A stretch of DNA of 63,936 nt, filler included, from Lenisia limosa (lineage: Eukaryota > Protista > Breviatea), in assembly GCA_001655205.1 (NCBI GenBank). It is 13 parts of 13 records of this genome, joined end to end, with 100 filler letters (N's around TTAATTAATTAA, not from the genome) between each part and the next. Parts side by side here need not be neighbours in the genome. Positions count along the whole stretch, not along the records: positions 1 to 3,265 come from LPNZ01011270.1; positions 3,366 to 5,677 come from LPNZ01000140.1; positions 5,778 to 9,567 come from LPNZ01007191.1; positions 9,668 to 14,092 come from LPNZ01003529.1; 9 more parts are not named here. One strand, 5' to 3'. Below are positions 1-10,832 of the stretch, piece after piece. Position 1 is the stretch's first letter, and the number at the start of each line of letters is the position of its first letter. The position numbers were made by a program, and so were the translations under genes. A model generated the notes under the pieces. The model ran no database searches. It was not told where the DNA came from and worked only from the letters and a program-made list of their open reading frames with translations.

Positions 1-64
1 GGGTAAAATATTCAATATGGGGGTAAAATATTCAATATGGGGGTAAAATATTCTATATGGGGGT
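1..64. repeat. 20-bp tandem repeat, about three copies
   Basis: GGGTAAAATATTCAATATGG repeated; truncated by the window start. Confidence 0.9.
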
Positions 65-680
65 ATGTAGGGCTCCTACGGTCCGAAACAGACAGTGAAT
101 CTAGAACGTCTTTTTTGGAGGGGAAAGGGGGTAGCATATCCTGTCTAGCTACTTCTAATCAATTCTAATCATTATTAATCCTGTTAGCTTCCCGAGTCTC
201 CGATTGGAGGGCTACCAGGGAACTTCATTTGTTGTATGGGGGTACTCCTTTCACTCTCTCCCCCCCCCCCTCGCACGCTCAGTGCTGTAGAAGCGACTAG
301 TAGGGTCTTTTTTTCTGTTTGTTTTGCTGCTCTTGGCCCGTGTATGTTTCCTAAATGCCTTGCCAACATAGTTGATTCTGGGCTTCTTTTTGTTTTTGTT
401 GGTTAAGTACTCCCTCACAATTTAGTTGACTCTCTCTGCTCCCGGCGCCACCCCCGTCAACCTTGTGGGCTTATTTTTGTTGATCATTATCACAAATATT
501 CTTGTTTTTGTTTGTCATTATCTATACTTATTCTTTTGTTATTAAAACTTCTTTCTGTTAGATAATTAATAATCCGCAGTGGTGCCCCAGTCAACCTTTG
601 CATTTTGTTATTACAACTACCTTCTATTAGATAGCGTAATCCGCCACCTTTTAAGCATTTTGTTATACCTCATTCCCCAG

Positions 681-3265
681 CCCACTATCCCTATCGCACC
701 CTGTCAGAACATTACCGCTGGCTCGGAGCCCGATCCTCTTGCCTTACCGGGACAACAATCCTGTGTTTGCAGCCCGGGCTGCGGCTATTTCCAGCCAACA
801 AGCTCGTGTGTCGTATGCGACTACGGCACATTTAAAGCCGAAGCTAGCAATGCCGTTTGCTCGGATTGCCAAGGACAGTTCATTGGCACAACGGAGACTG
901 GTTCTAAGTCCAGTGAAGACTGCGTCTGTAAAAATGGCTATGTTATGGTGGGCAAATGGTTGGGTTAATTATGCCATATTTTGATGGATGACTTGATGTT
1001 ACCATAAAAGGCAAGTTATTGTCATGATTTAATTGATGTTACCATATAAGGCAACTTATTGACTTTGACAGGACTCGGCCGGCGAATGTGGGTGCAGTCC
1101 GGGGTCGGAGTACAATGCAGAGAAGCAGGAGTGTGTGCTCTGTGGACTCGGTACCTACAGGTCGGCTGTTTTTTTTTTACGGCTCTCTGCTTGTTTATCA
1201 TATGATATAGTATATAAGTAAGTTACATAATAGTATATATATAGTATATCATATATGATATATTTAGATAATTATTGTGCAAACAAATAGTTACATAGAA
1301 ATGTTATCAGCACCACCACTACAAATCACTTTTTTTGAACTTCAACGAATTTATATCACAGTGATTGTTTCTGGTTTCTCTTTGTTTTTTTCTTGTTTTA
1401 TTAAATGCACACCGTGGTATTCCTGACACGATTGACTCAAGATAAAGCTCAATATCCGTGTCGGGACTGACCATGGTCAGTGTAAATATTATTTTTTGCT
1501 GACAAAATAATATTCCCAAGAACCTAGGGTTATGATGTACACGTTTATACACAATTTTCATGGTTCCAGCTCGATTGTCTCTCTGGACCCCTGTCTACCT
1601 TGTGATAGTACGCAAGAAACCACGCAACTTGGTAGCGTGGCGCAAGAAGACTGTCTGTGTAAAGCCAAGTACTTCCTCAAGGATGGCAAGTCGGCTGAAA
1701 TGATCATGATCTTAATGTTAATGATGTTGATCTTAATGATCTATATATATACATGTATATATATAGCTATATAATAATGGTATTTTCTTCAGTAACACTC
1801 ATATAGCTACATGTATATAAATAACTGTGTCAACATCACGCCCCTCCTCTATCTCTCCTAACACTCCTCTACTGGAGTGATGGGATGAGACTGGCCTGGT
1901 TTGTTTGTTGTTTCAACCCCGTGTGTTGTCAGCTTCTTTTTTTTTCATAAATTTCCTACTTACCCTCCCCCCCCCCCCCCNNNNNNNNNNNNNNNNNNNN
2001 NNNNNNNNNNNNNNNNNNNNNNNNNNNNNNNNNNNNNNNNNNNNNNNNNNNNNNNNNNNNNNNNNNNNNNNNNNNNNNNNNNNNNNNNNNNNNNNNNNNN
2101 NNNNNNNNNNNNNNNNNNNNNNNNNNNNNNNNNNNNNNNNNNNNNNNNNNNNNNNNNNNNNNNNNNNNNNNNNNNNNNNNNNNNNNNNNNNNNNNNNNNG
2201 GGCAATATGATTTAAGATGTAGGAGGGCGGCGGGAGTTCCTTTAATTTGGTGATGATGATGACGATATCCCCCCTCTCGATTTTGGGCTCATAAATTTCT
2301 CCATTTTGCTCTCCCCACTACTAACAGCCTCATCTCCAACCTCACTATCACCACTAATAACACACACATCACATAACTCTGATATTATACCAAATAATTG
2401 TATCATATGATGTGTATAGCTACATCACATATATACACCATATTCAACACTAACAACCCAGTGTTCAGGCGGCAGTGAAGCATGCTTGTCAGACGGGCGA
2501 TGTGCCTCGGGTTACCAGGGTTTCATGTGCGGCACTTGCGACGACGGCTTCTACAAGTCCGGGTCTGAATGCAGGGTTNNNNNNNNNNNNNNNNNNNNNN
2601 NNNNNNNNNNNNNNNNNNNNNNNNNNNNNNNNNNNNNNNNNNNNNNNNNNNNNNNNNNNNNNNNNNNNNNNNNNNNNNNNNNNNNNNNNNNNNNNNNNNN
2701 NNNNNTTCCTTGGGAAACCAATGAGCATATTGTGTCTAAGTTTGAAGAAATCTCATCTATTTCGGGAATGCACTTACTCTACGTTTTAAAAAGAGCTTAT
2801 TATTCACTGAACAGGAATGCACAGCCACTTCCGAGCTACTCCTTCCCCTCGCTCTCACAATGATTGCGCTAATTTTGGTCCTTGTCTTTGTCACGTCATT
2901 CGATCCCCCCCAAACAACTCGCATGGCTTCCCTCCGCATTCTGCTTTCGTTTTTACAGGTAAGGGTGGTTGGGATAGTTATTATGGGAATGTGGAGAGGG
3001 TGCCTGGCTTTCGTATTTACAAGTGAGGAAGGAGGGGGGGGCTATTTCTGATATCGTCTGATATATTTTTCAAAATTATGATTAACTGTGATGGGGTATC
3101 GAAATCGGAAGAAATTTATGGGAATCCCAAGTCGATGCGCCGTCCCTCATTTCGGTGTTATTTTCACTTTTCAAGGTCACTGCGCTGTACGGTGATTTTG
3201 CCGTTAATTGGCCGAGCCAAATGCAAACCATCTTCAACCTTCTCTCGATTCTGAACTTCAACTTC
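681..3265 (+). CDS. Cys-rich (GCC2/GCC3, ephrin-receptor-like repeats) multi-pass membrane protein, partial and spliced
   Basis: GT-AG exons 681-947, 1072-1160, 1570-~1689, 2469-~2577, ~2840-2959 and ~3177-3265 give CVVCDYGTFKAEASNAVCSDC, CLPCDSTQETTQLGSVAQEDCLC and CASGYQGFMCGTCDDGFYK, followed by hydrophobic LRILLSFLQ|VTALYGDFAVNWPSQMQTIFNLLSILNFNF. Truncated by the contig end. Confidence 0.75.
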
Positions 3266-3365
3266 NNNNNNNNNNNNNNNNNNNNNNNNNNNNNNNNNNN
3301 NNNNNNNNNTTAATTAATTAANNNNNNNNNNNNNNNNNNNNNNNNNNNNNNNNNNNNNNNNNNNN
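3266..3365. other. Artificial contig spacer
   Basis: N44-TTAATTAATTAA-N44; the palindrome gives stops in all six frames. Confidence 0.97.
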
Positions 3366-4069
3366 CGGACAATTCAGCCGTCATAGCGGCCCGGGTGACA
3401 GTTGCTGGCGTGTCGGGCGAGTTCGCTTCTTTCTTCCTCAAATAGTTCTTTGTCCTTTCTTATCGTCTGTATTGGTTCTGTATCTCTTTTCTGGTTTTGC
3501 TATGTTATTGTTTTTTCTGTATTGATGAATGCCGTCCCACTTCAAGTTTTTTTCTTCTTTGTTTCGGATTATCTGCCATCTTATGTAACTGTTAGTATCT
3601 GATATGCATATGATATATATATGTAACCTTATGTAACTGAAACCAACCAACCGTCACATTAGCATATTTCCTCATTCGCCTCATTCGCCAAAGTAGTCCC
3701 AACAGCGCTATTCAATAATATAATGTACATCAACAAACTTAAAACCCAAAAGAAACTGCAAGAACGAACTAAAACAATACGGAAATCAAATACCTATCTT
3801 GGAGTGATGTGGGGGTGATCAGGCTAGAATGGTCAGGGGAGATTTGTGTGACTCTATTTAAGAACAAACCAGGGCGTTGTGCAATTAATTTTTTTTTGAC
3901 AAAATTGCTAAATTAGAAACTAAAGTGTCTGTTCTAGGGCTCCGTGCAATTAGTTGGTTTCACATTTTGAAGTGGGACATATACTGTATCATAACGAGAA
4001 CACTATTCTAAACTGATGGTCTGACCCTTGTTCCTATCTCGAACATTTGAACCTGACAAAGCCCACGCA

Positions 4070-5677
4070 CCTCAATTACGAGAGACGGTGATGATGGTGT
4101 CAGTGTGGCACTACTATCGGTCACTACCATTCCACGCTCCTCATCCGGAGGTTCTTCACGTGGGGTTAGGGTCCTGGGGGGTAAGGGAGGGGAAGAAGCT
4201 TAAACATTTTTATCATTTATTATATAATGAGAAATAAAAAATAAGGTTGTATAAAATTATATCAAAAACCTCCTGTTACATGTAATGATACTGTATTATG
4301 ACTAGGGCTTCACTTCGGTTCGAAAAATTCCTGGAAAATATTCACGAGAAATCCTGTCTTTTTTAAAACCGAAGTGAAGCCCTAATTGTGACCACGCCCG
4401 ACAGCCAACCTGAGATCCAGGGTTTGGACGGATCTTTTCCTCAGAGAGAGAGGAGACGCCAGGAGCTTGCAGTCAGCAACAGTGGCCAATGGCAGGCTGG
4501 CAACAAGGGCTTCGGCCTAGGGCGTGAGCTTTTGGAATGACTTCCTCATCCATGCTTGTTTCAAGATTATAAATTTGTAATTTAACCCTTTTCTGAAGAC
4601 TCATCTATGCATTATCTCAAGATTAAAGATTGGAATATTTCTCAAAGGATTATACTGATGGGATTTTGCTGAAAGGTGTAAAGGTATCAAACCCATTTGC
4701 TTCCCAAGACATGGTAGCAGGGACTTGTCAAAATATGAGGTCCACTTGTTTTTGAACTCGTAGATGCCCTCTATTTTTCAAAATCTTCTAAAAATACAAC
4801 TTTAAGCTTTTTTTTTTTACTACTGGTTCAAAAAAGAGTGACCCCAGATTTGGTTGAGCCGTAATAGGTGTATGCCAATTAGGACTTCTTGCGGTCCAAA
4901 AAAGACCGTCAAATTATATCGATATTTATCGAGAAATTTATTCTTTTTTGGGACATAGGGAAGCTCTAATGCCAATACACACTGTTGGAGTACTAATATT
5001 CATCTAGACTTGAATTCTCTTCTCCCTCGCAATGATGTCATCTAGTCTAGGGAAATCCTCAGCTTTTCCTTAAAACATGGTATGTAATTACCCCCCCCCC
5101 CATTTACACACTTACACACCTGATTGGCATATCGCTTGGGATCGGCTAGTTTTCTCTTGTCTTCTTCGGCAAGGGGGTGGTCCAGGGTCATGTCGCTAAA
5201 CACCTCCGACTGCAACGTCATTGGTATTTGTAGGTAAATTGTCAGATTGAAGGATGGTTCCTTGTTTTAGATTTCTCATAGCTATATCATATGTATTATG
5301 TACATATAATAAATATAGCTATAGCTATATGATATATGATGGTTACTCTCCTATTCTCTCTCTCCTAAGGCTTCACTTCGGTTCGGGAAAATATCGATAG
5401 GTTTCGAGGATTTATCGAGAAATTCAAACCGAAGTGAAGCCCTACTCTTTCCCTCTTTTTCCTTTAATAATGTCATGAATAAACACCTTTCTAATAATAT
5501 ATATCATATCTATTACCCCCAGCGGATTTGGGCTTTTTTGTTTCATAAATTTTCCAATTTCACTTTTCTAATTTTACCCCCCCCCCCCCTACGGTGCCGG
5601 CATCAGCCATTTCCTCCCAATGTCGACGGTTTTGCTTCAGATGCCCCAGGAGTTTGTATGTCGGGTCTGTGAAGTCG
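4070..5677 (-). CDS. Exon fragments of an unidentified spliced gene
   Basis: Putative exons DFTDPTYKLLGHLKQNRRHWEEMADAGT|GTAGGG, SEVFSDMTLDHPLAEEDKRKLADPKRYANQ|GTGTGT and AEALVASLPL...SVQTLDLS|GTTGGC. The first loosely recalls the C-terminal helix of class I phosphodiesterases; not confirmed. Confidence 0.3.
4303..4384. mobile_element. hAT-type MITE
   Basis: TIR TAGGGCTTCACTTCGGTT...AACCGAAGTGAAGCCCTA; 8-bp TSD ATTATGAC/ATTGTGAC. Confidence 0.85.
4755..4863 (+). repeat. Dispersed ~110-bp repeat Y, copy 1
   Basis: AACTCGTAGATG...CTCTATTTTTCAAAA...TTCTAAAAATACAACTTTAAGC...ATTTGGTTGAGCCGTA; recurs at 49408-49525. Confidence 0.85.
4880..4968. mobile_element. hAT-type MITE
   Basis: Degenerate TIRs TAGGACTTC.../...GAAGCTCTA; perfect 8-bp TSD ATGCCAAT. 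Confidence 0.85.
5366..5444. mobile_element. hAT-type MITE
   Basis: TIR TAAGGCTTCACTTCGGTT/AACCGAAGTGAAGCCCTA; TSD CTCTCTCC/CTCTTTCC. Confidence 0.85.
5527..5592 (+). repeat. Element X 3' part, antisense to the host gene
   Basis: GGGCTTTTTTGTTTCATAAATTTTCCAATTTCAC...CCCCCTAC; its reverse complement begins GTAGGGGG, the donor of a predicted minus-strand exon. Confidence 0.7.
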
Positions 5678-5777
5678 NNNNNNNNNNNNNNNNNNNNNNN
5701 NNNNNNNNNNNNNNNNNNNNNTTAATTAATTAANNNNNNNNNNNNNNNNNNNNNNNNNNNNNNNNNNNNNNNNNNNN
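5678..5777. other. Artificial contig spacer
   Basis: N44-TTAATTAATTAA-N44. Confidence 0.97.
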
Positions 5778-7044
5778 GGGCTTATGTTCACCCTTCTGAA
5801 AAAAAAATCGCAACCTTATTCAATCATTTTCTTCTGTTTATGATGAATACATGATGAAGAAACAGTGTTGGACGAAGGAGGCCAATTGTGTTGCACGGTT
5901 TGTAATCATAAACCCTTCATACCGTCAATCCTTGCTGAGTGCCGCTTGTTGACTGTATTGGTGGATCCTTCTAAAATAATCTTTTTCTTTGCCCATTTGC
6001 CGATTTGCATCACAGTGGAAAAGGTACTTCGTTTAAACAGGATATCCTAGTTTTTTTCCTTTTACTGTTTTTGATTCATTCTGCCCCCCCTCTTTCTCCT
6101 CTTCCATCATTGCCTGCTGTTTGTATTACCACTTTGAAGATACATATACTGACATAGCATTCAAGAGGAATCCGTGACAACATCTAAGCAAAACGATCAC
6201 CATCAGCAGCAACACAAAAGAGTATCCTTCCACCATGATATAACTACAAGGAGGAGGCTACACATAGCTAGCAAGCATACCTGTTCCCTTTTGAAGGAAA
6301 GCGACGGTAGTTGCAAGAATGGACAGGTCAGGGAGAAGGGTGAGAGGGAAAATCTGTCTTTGTTTTGCAGTGTTTTGTTTTTCTTCTTCTTATTCTTCTT
6401 TTTCTTCTTCTTCTTCTTATTCTGCTTTTGTGGATTTTTTGGGGAGGCACACAGAAATCCGTATCTACAGATTTGTAAGCCAAATGATTGGGAATTAATA
6501 TCATATCACTTTTTGGGTCATTTTCACACCATAAAATATTCCATATTCACTAGGATGCTACCTTCCTTTTGGTTTAGTTCCATATTCACTGGGATGCTAC
6601 CTTCCTTTTGGTTTAGCATCCATTTTTACGAGTTGATTTTGGAATCTTTTTTGATTTCATAAATTTGCCAATTTTACACCCCCCCNNNNNNNNNNNNNNN
6701 NNNNNNNNNNNNNNNNNNNNNNNNNNNNNNNNNNNNNNNNNNNNNNNNNNNNNNNNNNNNNNNNNNNNNNNNNNNNNNNNNNNNNNNNNNNNNNNNNNNN
6801 NNNNNNNNNNNNNNNNNNNNNNNNTCTTCTGGTCCTCACCGTTCTCACCATTGCCTTTACCCTTTATCGGTATGTGGCAAGGCTCCTACACTTTGAAAAG
6901 TTGTAAGAGACAGAGAGTGAAAGTTGTCAGAGACAGAGAGGGAATATTTCAAATATATCTGTATATGATATGATGTACTGTATCAATGGTGAGTGTGATC
7001 AATTCTCTTAGGGAAATCATTGAGACACGGTCAGTGTATACGTA

Positions 7045-7122
7045 CAGTGATCGGGATAAGTTTTGTCCGTTTTGCTCTCTAATTCCCCAAGGAAAATAGG
7101 TCAAGACTTTGCCCGGTCAATG
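7045..7122. mobile_element. Tc1/mariner-type MITE (CAGTGACC family)
   Basis: TA|CAGTGATCGGGATAAGT...AGACTTTGCCCGGTCAATG; the right end of another copy (CACGGTCAGTG|TA) lies just upstream at 7026-7038. Confidence 0.65.
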
Positions 7123-7883
7123 TGTATCACTTAATGTTTTTCTGTAGCTCACACAAGACATTTTATTCACTATTGTATCCACCCGTTATCGGTATGCACG
7201 AGGGAGACACGCAGAAAGCGGTGTACAGAGTTGTAATGGTTGCATTAATAATATTATTCTATATCCAACAACTCTTATAAGTATGGTTGTGGACGGTTTC
7301 GGCCAAATACAGCATCATCTTTCTCCTTTGTCGCTGGATAAGTCCTCGAAAACTATCGATATTTTTCTGGTTTATTCCGGATCGAGTGAAACCCTCTTGT
7401 CACATTCCTGAGTCTTTTTTTTTTTAGACCGAAGTAACTATGAAGTTATAAGAGACAGAGAGGAAAGGACTCATTTTTAACCCAACGCTACCTATTTTTA
7501 TTTCCTTATATCTTCTGCACCACCCACATAATCATTTTGCCTTGTTAAAAAAACAAATTACTATCTCGGGATGCAAATACATACATGGAGTAAGACGGAA
7601 TTATCGGTAAATCCTGGGTGAAATTTTGAGGGATTTTTTGAGGGATTTTTTGAGGGAGGAATAGAGGGGGGACGGAGATCTCTCATATATTGTGTGGCTT
7701 GGGGGGGGGGGGNNNNNNNNNNNNNNNNNNNNNNNNNNNNNNNNNNNNNNNNNAGGAATTCATGTAGGTTATTTTTGTCCATTTTTCACAACACAGAATT
7801 TCGATTATCCCAAAGCCAACCAGCGACAGTAGTATACCCCAGGTAAGTGTGGGTATAAATTTCTAGAACTTGGGATGCGGTTC

Positions 7884-8000
7884 AGAAGCGACTGTGACTT
7901 TTTTTGTTTTGTTGTTATCAACCCTCGTGTGTTGTCAGGCAACAGGGTTGATTTTGGGCTTTTTTGTTTCATAAATTTTCCCATTTCACTTTCCCCCCAC
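7884..8000 (+). repeat. Element X, most complete copy
   Basis: AGAAGCGACT...TCAACCCTCGTGTGTTGTCAGGCAACAGGGTTGA (hairpin)...TTTTGGGCTTTTTGTTTCATAAATTTTCCCATTTCACTTTCCCCCC. Confidence 0.8.
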
Positions 8001-8010
8001 GCCCCATAAA

Positions 8011-8109
8011 TAGGGATTCTCTACGGTCCCAAAAAAAGGCTGAATGTATCGATAAATCCTCGATAAATATCGATATTTTACCGGTTTTTTCGACCGTAGG
8101 GAAGCCCTA
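8011..8109. mobile_element. hAT-type MITE (CCCTACGGTCC subfamily)
   Basis: TAGGGATTCTCTACGGTCC...GACCGTAGGGAAGCCCTA with the family core CGATAAATCCTCGATAAATATCGATATTTT; TSD degenerate. Confidence 0.8.
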
Positions 8110-8577
8110 CCCAATACAGTTTCCCTCTTAGGGATCGTTTGAGTACTTAAATTTTTCTACAATTTACGTAAATATTTACAGCTACGTAAATTTGCGTAAA
8201 TTCTTTCTTTAATTTATTGGGAGCCCGAATGCTAACCTTAAAATTTTCACGTAAATGTACGTCATCCCTTATTAACCCCGTTAAATACCTTCACGCCAAT
8301 TATCTTCACTGCATATCCCTTATTCCTCGGTAGATCCCTGCACTGACTGCTGACTCTTATGGCCAAGGAAGTGGGGGGGGGGGGGNNNNNNNNNNNNNNN
8401 NNNNNNNNNNNNNNNNNNNNNNNNNNNNNNNNNNNNNNNNNNNNNNNNNNNNNNNNNNNNNNNNNNNNNNNNNNNNNNNNNNNNNNNNNNNNNNNATCGA
8501 TATTTTCCTGGTTTTTTTCGAACCGAAGTGACGACCCTCACGGTGTCAAATATTAATAGTGGGGGGATTAAGATGAT

Positions 8578-8666
8578 TAGAGCTTCACTTTGGTTCGAAA
8601 AAAGACTGAATTTCTCGATAAAATTCGACAACTATCGATATTTTCCCGAACCGAAATGAAGCCTCA
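8578..8666. mobile_element. hAT-type MITE
   Basis: TAGAGCTTCACTTTGGTTCG/CGAACCGAAATGAAGCCTCA; TSD AAGATGAT/AAGAGGAT. A right-half copy lies at ~8496-8539. Confidence 0.85.
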
Positions 8667-8789
8667 AAGAGGATACTATTGGAAGAACTGTTTTTAAATA
8701 CCCCTCTTCAGTTTTCTTTTTTTTTTGATAAATATCATTGGGTAATTGTCTCTCTCTTTTGGATCACAGGAATGCCCAAGCCATATCTT

Positions 8790-8888
8790 TAGGGCTTCCC
8801 TAAGGTCCCAAAAAAGACTGAATTTCTTGGTAATACCCCGATAAATATCGATATTTTCACGGTCTTTTTCGGATCATAGGGAATCTTA
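8790..8888. mobile_element. hAT-type MITE (CCCTACGGTCC subfamily)
   Basis: TIRs and core match the family; no clean TSD. Confidence 0.75.
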
Positions 8889-9436
8889 AGCGATATCACT
8901 ATAGCTATTACAGAATATCACAAGGAAGGGGGGGTGATTAAGGCATCTCTCTACGTTTTAATAAAAAATGTTGGATAGGTCACTTGCGTAACACGGTTTT
9001 TTTTTATAATAAACCCTGCATACCATTAATCCTTGCTTTGTGCCGCTTGTTTGTTATATTATGGTATTTGATCACTAACGCTATACAGCATATGACAAGG
9101 AGAGAGGGTGATTCTCTACATTTTAATAAATATGGTTGTTAGTCACTAACGCTATTACAGAACACACATCCTCCCACTCCCTCCCCACGCCACCGTCCCC
9201 GTCTTCCCAAGATAGTTTGGAGTGTATGTGGGCTCTGATGTGCAATGTTGGGGCTCATCAAAAAAGGGGGTGGTTGCGTGTAGTTAAAAAATATAAAGGG
9301 ATAAAAGTGGTGTTTTTTTTTTTGAACAAAATTAAATAATAGGTTAATTTTTGCAACTACAGACGTTTTTTCAAAGAGCCACCCCATTTTTAAACAAGCC
9401 CGATTTGGTTCAATAGACCGGTAAAATGGTTTTACT

Positions 9437-9536
9437 TAGGTTTCCCTACCGTCCGAAAAGGACTGGTCAAATTTCGATAAGTATCAAGGATTTATCGAGA
9501 AATTCAGTTTTTTTTTTGGTACGGAGGGAATCCCTT
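9437..9536. mobile_element. hAT-type MITE, degenerate
   Basis: TAGGTTTCCCTACCGTCCG...GGTACGGAGGGAATCCC with the family core in reverse orientation. Confidence 0.7.
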
Positions 9537-9567
9537 GATATGTTACCTTGGGTTTCCAACGGGCCGG

Positions 9568-9666
9568 NNNNNNNNNNNNNNNNNNNNNNNNNNNNNNNNN
9601 NNNNNNNNNNNTTAATTAATTAANNNNNNNNNNNNNNNNNNNNNNNNNNNNNNNNNNNNNNNNNNN
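9568..9666. other. Artificial contig spacer
   Basis: N run with central TTAATTAATTAA. Confidence 0.97.
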
Positions 9667-10832
9667 NGTTGGGATACTCTCTCCGCACCAGCACCTATCC
9701 CTGGCGAATGGGAAAACAGTCCGGCGGCAGCACCTCACCCTGTAGGAGCACTTATTCCTGAGGGAGTGCCTATCCCTGGCGAATTGGAGGCCGCAGTGGG
9801 TGAAGACGATGCACGTGGGAGGGGGCTCCTTCAGCGTATATGTCATTTCCAGGATTGTACTTATGTTTTTTATCCACTATTGTGTATGTACATTTCTACA
9901 TTAGCGTTATATTGCTATGATATCTTTAAGCTCCAAATAAAATGGCTTCTTTTCATATACGTTTTCTATGATAAATGTAGTCCCAAACATGAGCCTCAAA
10001 TGACAATTTAGCCTTAATCATAACTGAGACGTTGGCAGGGGAAGTCCCATTTGAGGCGACTGAGGAAGACAACTTAGTCCAAACTATGAACTTGCTTGAC
10101 ATCACTTCGCATTACAATGATTGTGAGGTAGAATTGCCCCTCCCTCTCAATTTACGCTGTTCACCATGATCCACATCGAATAATATGTTTTGCCCGATAC
10201 GCTTGAGTATTGTGATACAATGAATCACTTTACAATACATATGATACCAAGGATTTATTTAGAATTCAGTCTTTTGAAGAATGGTAGTGATGCTCATGTT
10301 TGCATAGATGAGGATGAATTTGCCAACGAAGAGAGTGACGTCAATGAAAGCGACGCTGCTGACTTCTATGTGGAATCCGAGCCAACTGATGAGTCTGAAG
10401 AACAGGATGATTTTGAAGGTTCTGCTGAAAATGAGAGATCTGAGGGATCTATCGAGTCACACAGAGGTGAAAACCAAATGTTGGTTTTTGACGGGGAAGG
10501 TTTTTATTGAATCACGTTAATTGTTGAATTTTGAGATATGAGTGAACATCAGGCACATCTGACTATCAAATATTAGGCACTTGGGTTCCATGCACAGTAC
10601 CATTCAAGCCTTTGAGTCGCCCGCAGTCAACGTGGACGACGTCGTGATGCCGCCTATGAACCTACTGCCATCCTTAGCGGGAAGGGAGGATGAGGTGGAG
10701 AGATTGGTGCGAAGCAGCCTGAGAGGAGAGAGCGTCAATATCCAGAGCGAAGAACTTCAAATTGCTGTTGCCATGCTTGTCAGTCAAATCACGCTGTCTA
10801 CAAACATACGGCCAACTATTGACGAGGTGTGA
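9667..10832 (+). CDS. Unidentified spliced gene fragment (acidic; weak kinase C-lobe-like pieces)
   Basis: Exon-like pieces TLAGEVPFEATEEDNLVQTMNLL, an acidic DEDEFANEESD tract and ...TNIRPTIDEV*; splicing not resolved. Confidence 0.3.

Noticed and set aside
1-64. GGGTAAAA-containing array as telomeric DNA
   Set aside because: The unit is a 20-mer rather than a simple telomeric repeat, only three copies are visible, and similar cores occur inside introns.
1901-2215. ORF-track entries containing X runs, and most ORFs of 60-130 aa
   Set aside because: They read through N gaps, introns or the antisense strand; the real coding sequence is split into short exons.
3310-3321. Recurrent TTAATTAATTAA palindrome (12 times) as a biological motif, such as a piggyBac target or breakage site
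   Set aside because: It is always centred in a ~100-nt N block and is a six-frame-stop concatenation linker, so gene neighbourhoods across linkers are meaningless.
4303-4384. Reading the main MITE as Tc1/mariner or Tourist with a TA/TWA duplication
   Set aside because: Counting TA as part of the TIR reveals matching 8-bp flanks in at least eight copies, which fits hAT.
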